From: an uncultured Acidimicrobiia bacterium
GTDB taxonomy: Bacteria; Acidobacteriota; Terriglobia; Versatilivoradales; Versatilivoraceae
Length of the DNA: 64,000 bases
Direction: 5' to 3'
Assembly: GCA_963786955.1 (NCBI GenBank)
Contig: CAWBAT010000006.1
Location: 672,001 to 736,000 of the forward strand
Shown here: positions 1 to 10,589 of the stretch, piece by piece
Numbering within the stretch: the first letter of the stretch is position 1
How the letters are laid out: every line of letters starts with the position of its first letter
Program-made: the position numbers and the translations under genes
Notes under the pieces: model-generated
The model's input: the letters and a program-made list of their open reading frames with translations, nothing else
Databases searched by the model: none
Told to the model about the DNA's origin: nothing

Positions 1-571
1 TTCGAACGCACCTACCCCAAGCAAGACGGCTTTCGGCCCCCCCGAAAAGCCGGCAAAAAAGTGAGGTTCGATGAAACCGGTTAAGATTTTTACTTTAGCG
101 TGCATGAAATCTTTGTTCACCCAGACTTCATTTCCGAAGCGACTGACTCCCAGGCGAACCATGCTCTCTCATGTCTCTGGGGCGATGCTGTACGATCCGG
201 TAAGTCATTGATAATTTCTTCTTCCGAGCATGGACTCCAATTCCTCGGGAGTGTTCGTCCGGTGCGTTCCAACGGCATTGATCAAAGTAATGTTATCTTT
301 GGGAACCTTGCCGAGCTCAGAGAGAATGATCGGAAGAACACGATCACTTGGCATTGGCCGCGTCCGGTCTGGGAAAATAATGGCAACGGAGTCGTCTGCT
401 CGAACCAGGTCTTTGAGAGCCAATGCCCCGATCGGGTGTCGAAGTGCTTCTTGCAAGTGCGTACACTTCATCGGGCAATCCTTCTACAAATTCTGGTTCA
501 ATGACGTCAATCCCGGTGTCGGGGAAATCCACATCTAAGCCAGATTTCCCATAAGAAAGGTGAATTTTCAT
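1..571 (-). CDS. larA: Nickel-dependent lactate racemase family protein (3'-truncated by window edge, frameshifted)
   Basis: ORFs 344-571 (MKIHLSYGKSGLDVDFP) and 205-471 (AIIFPDRTRPMPS...NAVGTHRTN) join into a LarA N-terminus; PHFFAGFSGGPKAV motif near position 1-70 on the minus strand. Confidence 0.85.
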
Positions 572-854
572 TGTCTCTCCAAGAAGTGGGTGTGATGACT
601 CAGGATGAGCTGATCTTGCATAAACTCAAACTGGCGATCGTGAATCATGGCTCGCGTCTGAGAGTGAGCGTATCATAATCAAATTCTGAATGTCGCAACT
701 CCATTAAGGGATGGGGGGGCAAGAAAAAGCCTCGGAATCGAGCAACGTCGAATGGCTAGCAGCTTTCGGCATGAGAAGGAGGTAAAACCCCTCTCTGGCA
801 GTCTCTAGACTATTATACTTGGGCGAAAGTCAGAAAAACTGTATATTTCCAGTT

Positions 855-1127
855 ATGGATGAAAGAGAGTTCTATACCGAAAAAGACGAGCTTAAACCGG
901 CCAGCTTAAATTGCCCTTCCTGTCGCCAGGTTGCCCAATATGACGTGCGCTGGATACGCCGTACGAAGAAAGCTTCACTTCCTTCCCGTGCAGGTGATGA
1001 AGACCGTCTTCGCTTTGCGAAGGCTCGTTCTTATTTGGTTCGCGTCGACGATGCTGTTCAGTGTAAGAATCCGCGCTGCCGAAAGCGATTTGAAATTACG
1101 ACGCTTCAGACTGTCGCCTTCCTGTAA
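855..1127 (+). CDS. Conserved hypothetical small protein with two Cys pairs (CPSC, CKNPRC)
   Basis: ORF 819-1127, ATG at 855 (MDEREFYTEK...); zinc-ribbon-like Cys spacing. Confidence 0.7.
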   Translation: MDEREFYTEKDELKPASLNCPSCRQVAQYDVRWIRRTKKASLPSRAGDEDRLRFAKARSYLVRVDDAVQCKNPRCRKRFEITTLQTVAFL

Positions 1128-1252
1128 CTCCTTATTTGACTCTCGCAGGATGACCATTTCAGGCTGGCACAGAGTTGCGAGATGATCGCTCAGGGGAGGA
1201 AGACTCTCAGTGAACACTCTCACAGTGACTGCTAAGATTTGGACTGCTCCGG

Positions 1253-2088
1253 ATGCAAATTCCGAAAGCCCTTACCATAGCCGGCTCCGATTCGAGTGGC
1301 GGGGCTGGGATCCAAGCCGATTTGAAAACCTTTGCGGCCCAAGGTGTCTATGGCTGTTCGGTCATCAGCGCAATCACAGCCCAAAATACAATGGGGGTTT
1401 TCGAAGTTTACCCGCTCCCTCCGGGAATTATTCAAGAAGCAATTGGAAGCCGTGCTTTCCGACATTCATCCCGATGGGATCAAAATTGGGATGTTGGCCA
1501 ATTCCTCGATCATTCATTCCGTCGCCAACACTTTAAGACAATTCCCCAAAAGCCCCTTGTTCTCGATCCCGTCATGGCAGCAAAAAGCGGGGATTTACTC
1601 CTGGAAAGGGAGGCGGTCCGATCGTTGCAAGAAGAACTTTTCCCCCTTACGTGCATTTTGACGCCTAACATTCCTGAAGCAGAATATTTGATCGGGAATC
1701 CAATTCAGATGCAGGAAACATGCGGGAAGCTGCCGGAAAATTTTGGAAATGGGAGTTGCCTCTGTCCTCATTAAAGGAGGCCATGCGGTTCAACAATCCC
1801 GGCACCGGGAAAGGGTGGACGTTTCGTAGTCGATCTATTCTACGATGGGAAAGAAATGCGGAAGATCAAAGGACCGCGAATCGATACCCGCACACACATG
1901 GCACAGGATGCACGCTCTCTTCCGCAATCGCCGCAGGATTGGCAAAAGGGCTTACACCTCTGGAAGCCATCCTGAACGCTCGCGATTACTTGACGGCTGG
2001 GTTACAAAACGCCTATCCGGTTGGAAAAGGAAAAAGTCCGCTGCACCACTTTTACCGATGGTGGGGGGAAGAGGAAGCGAAATCATAG
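1253..2088 (+). CDS. thiD: Hydroxymethylpyrimidine/phosphomethylpyrimidine kinase (frameshifted)
   Basis: [43 protein letters not shown] and [15 protein letters not shown] motifs spread over three frames. Confidence 0.92.
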
Positions 2089-2213
2089 CGGACTTGGCCC
2101 CCCTTCTTGAGGGAATGCGGGCACGATGTCTTGATGTTCCTCGTCCTTTTACATGGAGGGAGAGAAGCCGAAATCTCATATGGCGCTGCTCCATGGAAAT
2201 TGCTTTCTCGCCT

Positions 2214-3881
2214 CTATAGCGGCAATACCTTATAAATCAAATAAACCGGCTGGCGGTCACGTTGGTAAAAGGTCTCGATCAATTGAGTTCTGCGTTGGCA
2301 TTTTTGCAGCGCGTGACTGAAAGTATCGAGCATCGGGAAATATTTCATACTTCCTCGCATGAAAAACAAAAAGTGTGTTTGACCGTTCCAGCAGATGGCA
2401 CATCCTACGTATTTTTTCTTCTTCATTTGGGGAATCTTTGATGGATACAAAGGATTCCTCCTTCCTGACCCTTCCCTGCGTCAACACCAACAACTGGTTG
2501 CTGAATCCCCAGTCCATGAGCGCGTAATACTTGTCAGGATGATCGTGCGTATATTCAGCCAGACGGTAGATGGCATCAGACCATATGCCTACTCCACCGG
2601 TTCGCTTCAATGACTGCAAATATCGAACATCCGCGTAAAGCTGGGAAATGACGAATAGAAGCCCTAGTGCAAACCCCACCAGCCGATAACTAGGAAACCA
2701 TCGCCGGAGCGGGACCTTATCCAGGCCTTCGCTCTGGCACAGCGCTGAGGCAATAACAAGATGCGAAAAAGGGTACACGCTCACAAAATGCTGAATGCCA
2801 GTGGCTCCAGGAGTCATGAAAATCATTCCTATCATTGAAGCCAAAAGGACAAGGTAAAACAGAACGCTGGATCTGAATTGAAGCCGGCCTTCTTCTAAAA
2901 GGACGGCAATCACAATTATGGAGAGGATAAGCCCCGCAAACTGAAACGTACCGTTGTGCGCAATGGTCCCTCCTATAGCGGCCAGGGTGCTGCCAAGGCC
3001 GGCTCCGTTTTCGCGCTTAAGAAGCGGAGCCAAATTCTGCAACAGTTCGTTGTTGAAAAAATTGTATACCGCTGTTCCGTTCAAGGTACCGATGAGGACA
3101 TTCCAGCGCAGCATGAAATCTTGAAGCCACGAAAGGTGGAATAGGTTTGGATTCGTCAGCGAACCTCCCTGAGTTTTAATGGCGAATACAATGAATGGGA
3201 AACCGCCAGCCAGAAAACTAATGAGAACCAATCCGCCACTCTTTACCGTCAATCTCTCTTTGAAGGAGGACCAAAAGCAGAGGGGCAAGGCTGCAGCCAA
3301 CGCGGCGACATACCAGACAAAAATGATTTTGTCGAAGACACCAATCCCCATCAGAAAGCAAGCTACCCCAAGCCAAAGCGCATCCCCTTGATTCATCCAG
3401 CGGAAGACGAAGTAAAGGGAAGAGACCTTCAAAGCCATCATCAGAGCAATGGGTCCCCAATCCGTTTTTTGCATGAAGATGAAAGTGGGATCGGAGGCCA
3501 AAAGCACGACGCCCACGAGTGCGGTGCACGGACCAAGCGTTTGACGAAACAGTGCATTAGTGAAGATCAACGTAACGAGACCGAGCAGGATGACGGGTAG
3601 TCGTACCGCGGCGACTCCAGACCCCCAGAATTTGAAAATGGGGTAATACAAGTAAGCCTTTACGGCCCCTATATACGGCATCAGCATCACTGGCAAACGG
3701 TAACCTGCCACTGTCGTTTCCCAAGCGACGAAGGACCCATCAAGGTTCCCCAACGCTGCATCGGCAAAGAGGACTTCATCATATTGGAGCCCCGGAAGAT
3801 CTAGATCGAGAGTGAAAAAAACAGATAAACAGCAATGGGGATCAGTAGGAACGCGGGCGTAGCTCGAATTTGCAGTGTCAT
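2214..3881 (-). CDS. ArnT/GT39-like integral membrane glycosyltransferase (frameshifts near both ends)
   Basis: Multi-TM ORF 2257-3753 with N-terminal PGLQYDEVLFA upstream and RLPVILLG; C-terminus continues in ORF 2214-2450. Confidence 0.7.
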
Positions 3882-4015
3882 GACTTGATCCGGATCAAAA
3901 ACCAGGCCCTTTGATCAGGCGATTATAAGCAATGGGTAGTTTCTATCCGGAATGGAGGTCTTTCGAATTGAGCTGGGATTACTTTCGAGGCTCGGAGACA
4001 AGCGTAGAGAATTCA

Positions 4016-4645
4016 TCACAGAGCCGTATTTCCGTTTGTGGCTTTGCCCAGCTTGCTGATGAGTTGATCGAGAACCGTTCCGATCGTGCCGCCAGCATCA
4101 ACGGATATGAGAAGACCCAGCTTTCGGTATCTCGCAGCAATCGGTTTGATATCCTTCATATACTCCCGGTAACGCTTGCGCACAATCGTGGGCTCGTCAT
4201 CTTCCCGCTTGTGGACTGCCAGTCCCGCGGGAGGAGGATTGTTCGGAATATGGTAGGAATGCCCGAAGTCATCAATCACTCGCCCGGTCACTCTGACAAC
4301 ACATTCCTGTTCATCCACTTCGAAAAGGAGCACCGCGTTAAATAGGAGGATCCTTTCCAGCGCAACGGATTGCCCGAGAGTTCGGGGATATCCATCTAAC
4401 ACAAATCCCTTGCCTGGATTGTTGGCCACAAACGATTCAAAGATTTGTTCGACGAGATCGTCCGGCACCAATTTCCCTTCCCGGACGTAGGCAGAAGTTC
4501 TCTTCCCTAACTCGGTATCTCTGTCAACCTCCGAACGCAAGGTTTCGCCCAGTGAGAAATGCTTTAGCCCAAAAATCGCTGCGAGGAGTTTTGCTTGAGT
4601 ACCTTTCCCACATCCCGGGGGTCCAAGAACGGCAAGATTCATCAT
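4016..4645 (-). CDS. adk: Adenylate kinase
   Basis: GPPGCGKGTQA P-loop, GKLVPD, LDGYPRT, REDD motifs. Confidence 0.92.
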   Translation of the reverse strand: MMNLAVLGPPGCGKGTQAKLLAAIFGLKHFSLGETLRSEVDRDTELGKRTSAYVREGKLVPDDLVEQIFESFVANNPGKGFVLDGYPRTLGQSVALERILLFNAVLLFEVDEQECVVRVTGRVIDDFGHSYHIPNNPPPAGLAVHKREDDEPTIVRKRYREYMKDIKPIAARYRKLGLLISVDAGGTIGTVLDQLISKLGKATNGNTAL

Positions 4646-4902
4646 GGTCAACCATCCTGCTATAAGAGAGTTAGAATTGCCTTCTTCAAAAAGATACTAT
4701 TGAACTGACAAAAGCTGGCCGAGCCAAAGGGTTGGTTGCCATCTCCGAATGCACTCTTGGCGAGTGCTTTCTGGATTCCTCCTCCAACCAGAAGAGGGTC
4801 TGAATTGCTTCAAATCTTTGACACAACTCCCGCTCGTGCGGGAATAAAGCTACTTAAGGCTTATTGGAAAAAAACTGGGCAGGATAAGCTACAAGAAAGA
4901 TT

Positions 4903-4978
4903 TGGAGGCGAGGAGGGGAGTCGAACCCCTGAATAAAGGTTTTGCAGACCTCTCCCTTAACCACTTGGGTACCTCGCC
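4903..4978 (-). tRNA. tRNA-Cys (GCA)
   Basis: Reverse complement GGCGAGG...AGAGGTCTGCAAAACCTTT...GGTTCGACTCC...CCTCGCCTCCA forms a cloverleaf with GCA anticodon and encoded CCA. Confidence 0.97.
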
Positions 4979-5193
4979 GCACCGGAAAACATTAATACCA
5001 CGTTCCTAATACAGCCATTTCGAGTTATACACTGCGCATGGTAATTTCGTCAAGAAAGGGATTAGAGAACTATCAGCAACTGGAGGGCACCCTGGTCGAC
5101 CGGGACGAACGCGGTCTGAATTCCGTTGCCCCCAACTCTCGCTTCATTGAGTAGAGCGGGTCTCTATTTTGCCTTTTCGTCACCTTGTGAGGC

Positions 5194-6510
5194 TCATTTT
5201 CTGAAGAGTGCCTCATATTTCAAAGGCATTCCCTTCTCCCAAGGATGATAACTATTGCAAAAATCAATGCGATCGCCGAGCGTGGGATGAGAGGAACGCC
5301 ACAATATGTACAACCAGCCGGGCCGAGGAATAGCGAGATTCTCTTCCTGCAATTTCACAAACGCTGTAGCCGCCGCGTGATTGGTTTGGGTGATCTCCAG
5401 ACCAAAGCGATCTGCCTCGTGCTCATGATAGCGGGTAAAAGTGAATACCATGGGGGTGATCACAAAAAAGCAAATATTCATGAGCAACAGGATAAGGGGC
5501 AAGGAGGCAATATCCGAAAGCTGGTCGAATCCAAACCGGTCTTTGAACCGATTAATGAGACCGCCGGCGATGCGATATGTGGCATACAGCGTGATCATGA
5601 TCAGCAGTGAGAAGAAGAAAATGCTCTTCACTACGTGGCCGAGCACGTAATGCCCCATTTCGTGGCCCATCACGAAGAGAAGTTCTTTGTCGTTGAGCTT
5701 AGCGATGAGGGTATCCCATAGGACGATGCGTTTGGTTCCCAAGAAACCGGTCACATAAGCATTGACGGTTTTGGTATCCACACTTTTGTTGACCTCGAAA
5801 ACGCGGCTTCCTTCAATGCCGGCGTGTTCCGCCAGTGTGAGAATCTTAGCTTCAAGTGCTTGGTCTTTCATCGGGCCATACTGGTTGAATAGCGGATCGA
5901 TCCAAATCGGGCTGATCAACATGATGAAAAAAAGAAAAGGGGCCATGAGAATGCCGGTGTACAGCCACCAACGTCGCGGACTTTTCTTCAACAGCAGGTA
6001 CGGAACCCACAAAAAGAAGAATCCGATAATGATACCGACCAATTCCGATTTCAATGAATCCCCGAACCATTTCCCGAAGGTTTGGTTGGAGAGATCGTAA
6101 GCATGTTGGCGAACAAAGCTTTCGTAGTATGACAATGGGAAGTCGACTACGAAATTGATGAGGGTGAAAAGAATAAAATAGAGCCCGAGGGTGAAGAACC
6201 ATTTGCGGCCCAGTTTCTGCGCCCAGTTGCGAATCTTCGCAGAATAACCGGTGAATAAAAACAACGCTGGAATCAACAATCCCCAAATTCTATCGACCAC
6301 CCATAGCACATTGCCACTGCGAAAATAGCGCAGAGCTTTATCGCTTGGATTCGGTACAGCCACTGGCCCGCTCTCTTCCTGCGCTATGAGAGCGCTTTCT
6401 GGTTGCATCGAAACCGTCCTGTTGGAATCGTGCGAGGCAGTGCGTTCTTGTGCAAAGAGACCTGTCAGAGAAAATGAGACAATGCCGATCATCAACAGAA
6501 TGGAACGCAT
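5194..6510 (-). CDS. M48 (Ste24-like) zinc metallopeptidase
   Basis: NAYVTG, HEMGH, EHEADRF, SHP motifs; multiple TM helices. Confidence 0.92.
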   Translation of the reverse strand: MRSILLMIGIVSFSLTGLFAQERTASHDSNRTVSMQPESALIAQEESGPVAVPNPSDKALRYFRSGNVLWVVDRIWGLLIPALFLFTGYSAKIRNWAQKLGRKWFFTLGLYFILFTLINFVVDFPLSYYESFVRQHAYDLSNQTFGKWFGDSLKSELVGIIIGFFFLWVPYLLLKKSPRRWWLYTGILMAPFLFFIMLISPIWIDPLFNQYGPMKDQALEAKILTLAEHAGIEGSRVFEVNKSVDTKTVNAYVTGFLGTKRIVLWDTLIAKLNDKELLFVMGHEMGHYVLGHVVKSIFFFSLLIMITLYATYRIAGGLINRFKDRFGFDQLSDIASLPLILLLMNICFFVITPMVFTFTRYHEHEADRFGLEITQTNHAAATAFVKLQEENLAIPRPGWLYILWRSSHPTLGDRIDFCNSYHPWEKGMPLKYEALFRK

Positions 6511-6576
6511 GGTTTTCCTCCTTCCTCAGATCTGCTTCTTGTAAAGGGCTATAGTGGTTCCCAATTGATCCCATGT

Positions 6577-6679
6577 AGCCAGCGGCTTCAAGCTCACCGG
6601 CTTTTTGCCGCGCCAGGGCCTTGCAAGTCTGCAAAAAAGCTGAGGCGGTAAAAAGTCCGGTGAAGCGCTCAGGTGAGGA
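6577..6679 (-). mobile_element. Degenerate integron attC-like site
   Basis: Minus strand TCCTCAC...TTCACCGGaCTTTTTACCGC...GCGGCAAAAAGCCGGTGAG...GCTGGCT: long imperfect inverted repeat with one extra base on the left arm and decayed RYYYAAC/GTTRRRY cores, right after the DinB stop codon. Confidence 0.6.
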
Positions 6680-6689
6680 TCTTGCGACC

Positions 6690-7214
6690 CTAGGGCTTCA
6701 AAATAGAGAGGTACGTCCGCCAGACACCGACCTCCTCCGTGTACCGCTTTGCCATGGTGCGGCAGATTTGGGCAATGTGGTTGAGATCGTGTACGGCCCA
6801 CGTTGCCAGGAGTTGCCCGAGATTGACTGCGCCAAGCTCAGGATGGCGGCCAGGCAATGCTAACTGAGCTTCGGTTAGGTGCCAACTTCGGACAACCTCA
6901 AGGTTGGCATGCCGAAGCTCGCCGAACCGGTCGATGAGCTGGTCGAGCGACCAGCCTGTAGAGCGGTTGATCTGAGCGAAGCGGTCAAACGGCTCGAATG
7001 GTTGCTTCTCACCGTATTCGAGGATGATGCGGGCACGAGGCACCCAATCCGTCTCCTCGCCGTGGATGAGGTGCCCCACCACGTCGAATGCGCTCCAGGT
7101 GCCGGACCCGTCCCTCCTGTTGTGCCATGAAACACTCGTTCCGCGAAGAAGCGTGCCAACGACCATTGGAGTGCGACTCAGAATGTCCAGGGTATCTGGC
7201 AGATCAAAGTTCAT
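6690..7214 (-). CDS. DinB/YfiT-like metal-dependent protein (putative gene cassette)
   Basis: WSAFDVVGHLIHGE...WAVHDLNH His motif; GAGGA RBS before ATG 7214. Confidence 0.88.
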   Translation of the reverse strand: MNFDLPDTLDILSRTPMVVGTLLRGTSVSWHNRRDGSGTWSAFDVVGHLIHGEETDWVPRARIILEYGEKQPFEPFDRFAQINRSTGWSLDQLIDRFGELRHANLEVVRSWHLTEAQLALPGRHPELGAVNLGQLLATWAVHDLNHIAQICRTMAKRYTEEVGVWRTYLSILKP

Positions 7215-7237
7215 GCTCTTCCTCACGCTTCAGGGCC

Positions 7238-7298
7238 GTCTAACGATTCCGGTTCAGCGGCGGCGGGCAGCGCCATCGGCTGCGACGCGTTGTGATGC
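7238..7298 (-). mobile_element. Integron attC site
   Basis: Minus strand GCATCAC-aacgcgt-CGCAGCCGATGGCG-ctgcc-CGCCGCCGCTGAA-ccggaatc-GTTAGAC; intact GTTRRRY core, typical 60-bp attC layout. Confidence 0.75.
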
Positions 7299-7386
7299 GG
7301 CATTGGATGGCTTCGACTTTGCAACAATTCAAAACCCTCACAAGTAAATCGATGTCTCCAAAATCACACGGAGTTCACCCTTAAAA

Positions 7387-8175
7387 TTAATTTGGTACGC
7401 GGCCCTTTACTGCGTTAGCCCGGGCACTATAGGTGATACGGCCAGTGGCATCTGCCGGCAGGCGCGCGCGCATCCGCGCTTTGAGAAGCGCGATATCCTC
7501 GGACGGCATCGCTAGGAGCTTTGGACCGACGCTCGGCCCCATGAGGATGGTCGTCCAGTAGTCATCAAAATCGGCGAACGTCCGTTGCACAGTGATCTCC
7601 CGCGTTTCGACGGCATCCAGACCGGCACCAGTCCACAATTCCCGCATTGCGTCAATTCGAGACGCGCCAGGGCTCGGTGGTACCGGAACTTCAACGTCAA
7701 GCCCGCGCATTTCAACTTGCAACGCCTCGTAAGGAAAACCACCGCCAGACATATCCCACGCGTAGGCTGCGACGGTGCCACCCCGGCAGACCACTCGTGC
7801 CATTTCAGCAACACCTTTGGCCGGGTCGGGAACGAAGAAAATCACCAGCGGCATGACAGCTGCGTCGAACGTGTCGTCGAGGAAAGGCTGTGCCATTGCA
7901 TCGCCCTGACGAAATTGGGCGACACGCGACGCGGGTCGTGTGCGCGCAAAGGCGAGCTGCCCCTCAGACGGGTCTATTCCCTGCACTGAGACTGGCGTAC
8001 ACCGCTCGACGAGCATTTCGGTAAAGGCGCCATTACCGCAGCCAACGTCGAGCCATCGCAAACCTGATTTTGGAGCAAGCCAGTCGAGGAAAGTTTCGCC
8101 TGCAAGCTGACTCCATTTCCCCATGTATCGTTCGTAGGCAGCCCCGTCGTCGAAGCGGATTTGGCTGGTCACCAT
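7387..8175 (-). CDS. Class I SAM-dependent methyltransferase
   Basis: WLDVGCGNG motif I, FRQGDA; GGAGG RBS. Confidence 0.9.
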   Translation of the reverse strand: MVTSQIRFDDGAAYERYMGKWSQLAGETFLDWLAPKSGLRWLDVGCGNGAFTEMLVERCTPVSVQGIDPSEGQLAFARTRPASRVAQFRQGDAMAQPFLDDTFDAAVMPLVIFFVPDPAKGVAEMARVVCRGGTVAAYAWDMSGGGFPYEALQVEMRGLDVEVPVPPSPGASRIDAMRELWTGAGLDAVETREITVQRTFADFDDYWTTILMGPSVGPKLLAMPSEDIALLKARMRARLPADATGRITYSARANAVKGRVPN

Positions 8176-8509
8176 TAGTGCTTTCCTCCGGTTGGACTAA
8201 CTACGAAAAGTGGCGCTATATCGCGGTGGCTCGTGCCGCATAACTAGGTATCGCTGTAGGCTCCATTGCCTACAGCCTATAATGAATTCAACCATTTTCT
8301 TATATACCTGGATCCTCAAGTGGTTCAGATATTTGACTCCAATACTGCCCTGAGCGCAAGCGGGAATTATGGGTGTGTCGCAGCCTAACCCGCCGCGAAG
8401 CCGCGAAATAGGCTGCATAGACCCATCAATGTCCTTCTGGTGGGCTGTGAACACTACGACCGACCCCGGTCAAGAACGTGGGTGTAGATCGGTCGTTAGC
8501 ACCTCTCGA

Positions 8510-8618
8510 CGGCCCCCCCCCCCTCTGAAGTCCCCCCTCAAAAAAAGGGGGGACAAACTGGAGGAGACTTTTCAAAAAGGGGGACGGAAGTGAGGACACT
8601 TCTGACAAGGGGGGACGA
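8510..8618. repeat. C-tract/AAGGGGGAC palindromic repeat cluster
   Basis: CCCCCTCAAAAAAAGGGGGG hairpin and three AAGGGGG(G)AC units. Confidence 0.55.
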
Positions 8619-8695
8619 GCTCGGGAATCCTAATAGATGGGGCATCGAGTGTCTTCACGCTTGAATCGGGAGATTACTGGGGGGCCTCTCGCAAT

Positions 8696-8899
8696 CTATT
8701 TCTTCCAAATCTTCTCCCACCAAGTCTCATTAATCGGCGAAGTGACGGCCACAGGTCCAATTTGCATCTTCTTGCGAATCTCGTTGATGTCCCAGCCGGT
8801 TAACTGGGCAAGATTTTGTGCTTCCCCATCCCGGCGATGTAAAAGGGAGCGACCTTTTTCGAGGGTAACAGAAACTTCAATCGAGGAACTTCGGTACAC
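8696..8899 (-). CDS. Small hypothetical protein (possibly a fragment)
   Basis: 67-aa ORF with protein-like composition, directly downstream of the DUF2784 gene. Confidence 0.4.
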   Translation of the reverse strand: MYRSSSIEVSVTLEKGRSLLHRRDGEAQNLAQLTGWDINEIRKKMQIGPVAVTSPINETWWEKIWKK

Positions 8900-8955
8900 C
8901 GATCGTTAACCTATAATGCGGGCAAGATGCCTGTACCACCAGAAAGGTCTTAATT

Positions 8956-9366
8956 TTAGAAGCCTTTCTTGCTCTGGAGGTTCTTGCGAAATGAAGGAGG
9001 GATGAGATAGGCCAGGAGCGAGAGGAAGGCTAGCGTCACATAGGTCAGCGTAAAAACCCATTCGGGGGCATCATAGAATAAGAGTTGATTCGCAAGCTGA
9101 CCGGCAAATGAGCGGTCATATCCACCTTCTCCGGCCGCATGCAGCAATTGATTCTCCAGTACCGTGAGTGGACAGGTCACGCCCAATAATGCCTCTAAAG
9201 CCACGAAAACAATGCAAAGCAGGTGCCCAATTCTTAACCTTTTACTATAAGTCCATCCCCATCCGGAAATCGAACCGACCACGAACGAAAAAGATCCAAT
9301 AAGAACAAACCCGGCGAAGATTAGATGAACGATAACCACGAGGTCAGCGGCCAATGAGTAACCCAT
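8956..9366 (-). CDS. DUF2784 family membrane protein
   Basis: LAADLVVIVHL...CPLTVLEN motif. Confidence 0.85.
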   Translation of the reverse strand: MGYSLAADLVVIVHLIFAGFVLIGSFSFVVGSISGWGWTYSKRLRIGHLLCIVFVALEALLGVTCPLTVLENQLLHAAGEGGYDRSFAGQLANQLLFYDAPEWVFTLTYVTLAFLSLLAYLIPPSFRKNLQSKKGF

Positions 9367-9506
9367 GTTGTGCCTTTCTTTCTTATGCTCTCCTTAGTAT
9401 AGTTTACGTTGAAGTAAGATAAATGTTATCCACTTCACTTGATTCCCCTCAACCCGGATGTGTGCCTGCGTCACACCCAATCAATGAACCTCATGATGGA
9501 GGAAAT

Positions 9507-10430
9507 ATGCGCAATAAGAATCTCTCTCCGTACCTCAGGCTCTTCCTCGTTTTGTTTACCGCCTGGCTTGCTTCCAGCCCAGCCTATGCTCAACTTTCCG
9601 AACCTGCAGCCTGGGCTGCTCAATCTACAATTCAGTATACGGTGCCTAATGGGATCACCTACTTGGTTGCAAACAATTACGAGGCCAAGTTGGACGTTTA
9701 TCGGCCTCTGAATGCTTCCGGTCCAACGCCAACCCTGATTTATTTCCATGGGGGTGGTTGGGTGGAGGGTAACAAAAACGGGGCTGTGCCGCAATTCATC
9801 CCCTACCTCGAGATGGGATGGGCGGTTGTGAACGTGGAATACCGGTTAGCCAAAATTTCTCTGGCTCCGGCCGCTGTTGAAGACTGCCGCTGCGCTCTGC
9901 GCTGGGTGATCAGCAAAGCTAAAGAGTACAATTTCGATGTTGATAAACTGGTCGTCACCGGGCATTCCGCAGGAGGGCATCTTTCCTTGATCACTGGCAT
10001 GCTACCGGAGTCTGCAGGGCTGGATCGTCAATGTCCCGGGAACAATGAAAATCTTAAGGTGGCAGCCATCATTAACTGGTACGGAATTACGGATGTTGCT
10101 GACCTGCTGGAAGGCCCAAACAGGCAGGCATACGCTGTGGCTTGGCTGGGAAGCCTGCCGAACCGGGTTGAAGTGGCCAATCGCGTGTCTCCGTTGACTT
10201 ATGTGCGGCCCGGATTGCCGCCAATCCTGACCATCCACGGAGATGCGGACACCATTGTCCCTTACTCTCACGCAGTGCGCCTGCACGACGCCTTGACCAA
10301 AGCAGGGGTGACCAATCAGCTCGTCACCATTCCAGGCGGTAAACATGGAGGATTTTCGAAAGAAGACACTTCGAAAATCTTCACAACCATCCAGGAATTT
10401 CTCGTCAAGAACAAGCTCTTGAAACAGTGA
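9507..10430 (+). CDS. Secreted alpha/beta hydrolase (esterase/lipase)
   Basis: HGGGW oxyanion hole, GHSAG nucleophile, HGDAD and H motifs, signal peptide; GGAGG RBS. Confidence 0.92.
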   Translation: MRNKNLSPYLRLFLVLFTAWLASSPAYAQLSEPAAWAAQSTIQYTVPNGITYLVANNYEAKLDVYRPLNASGPTPTLIYFHGGGWVEGNKNGAVPQFIPYLEMGWAVVNVEYRLAKISLAPAAVEDCRCALRWVISKAKEYNFDVDKLVVTGHSAGGHLSLITGMLPESAGLDRQCPGNNENLKVAAIINWYGITDVADLLEGPNRQAYAVAWLGSLPNRVEVANRVSPLTYVRPGLPPILTIHGDADTIVPYSHAVRLHDALTKAGVTNQLVTIPGGKHGGFSKEDTSKIFTTIQEFLVKNKLLKQ

Positions 10431-10589
10431 AGAGGATACAGCCCAATTCAGGTAATTGATGAAACCGAAGACGGTCAGAAAGTAGCATTTCTCAACTCAG
10501 AAACTATAGAAGGGGGGCAGGTTGGGGTAAGCGTGCCTTTCCTTTCCAGACTGACAAAGGCGGACCAGAACTCAGAAAATCATTCGCGG

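Noticed and set aside
1128-1252. TPP riboswitch before thiD
   Set aside because: Conserved CUGAGA / ACCUGAUC / GCGUAGGGA elements not found
4903-4978. tRNA-Cys as the attachment site of a genomic island
   Set aside because: No integrase and no duplicated tRNA 3' end seen in the window
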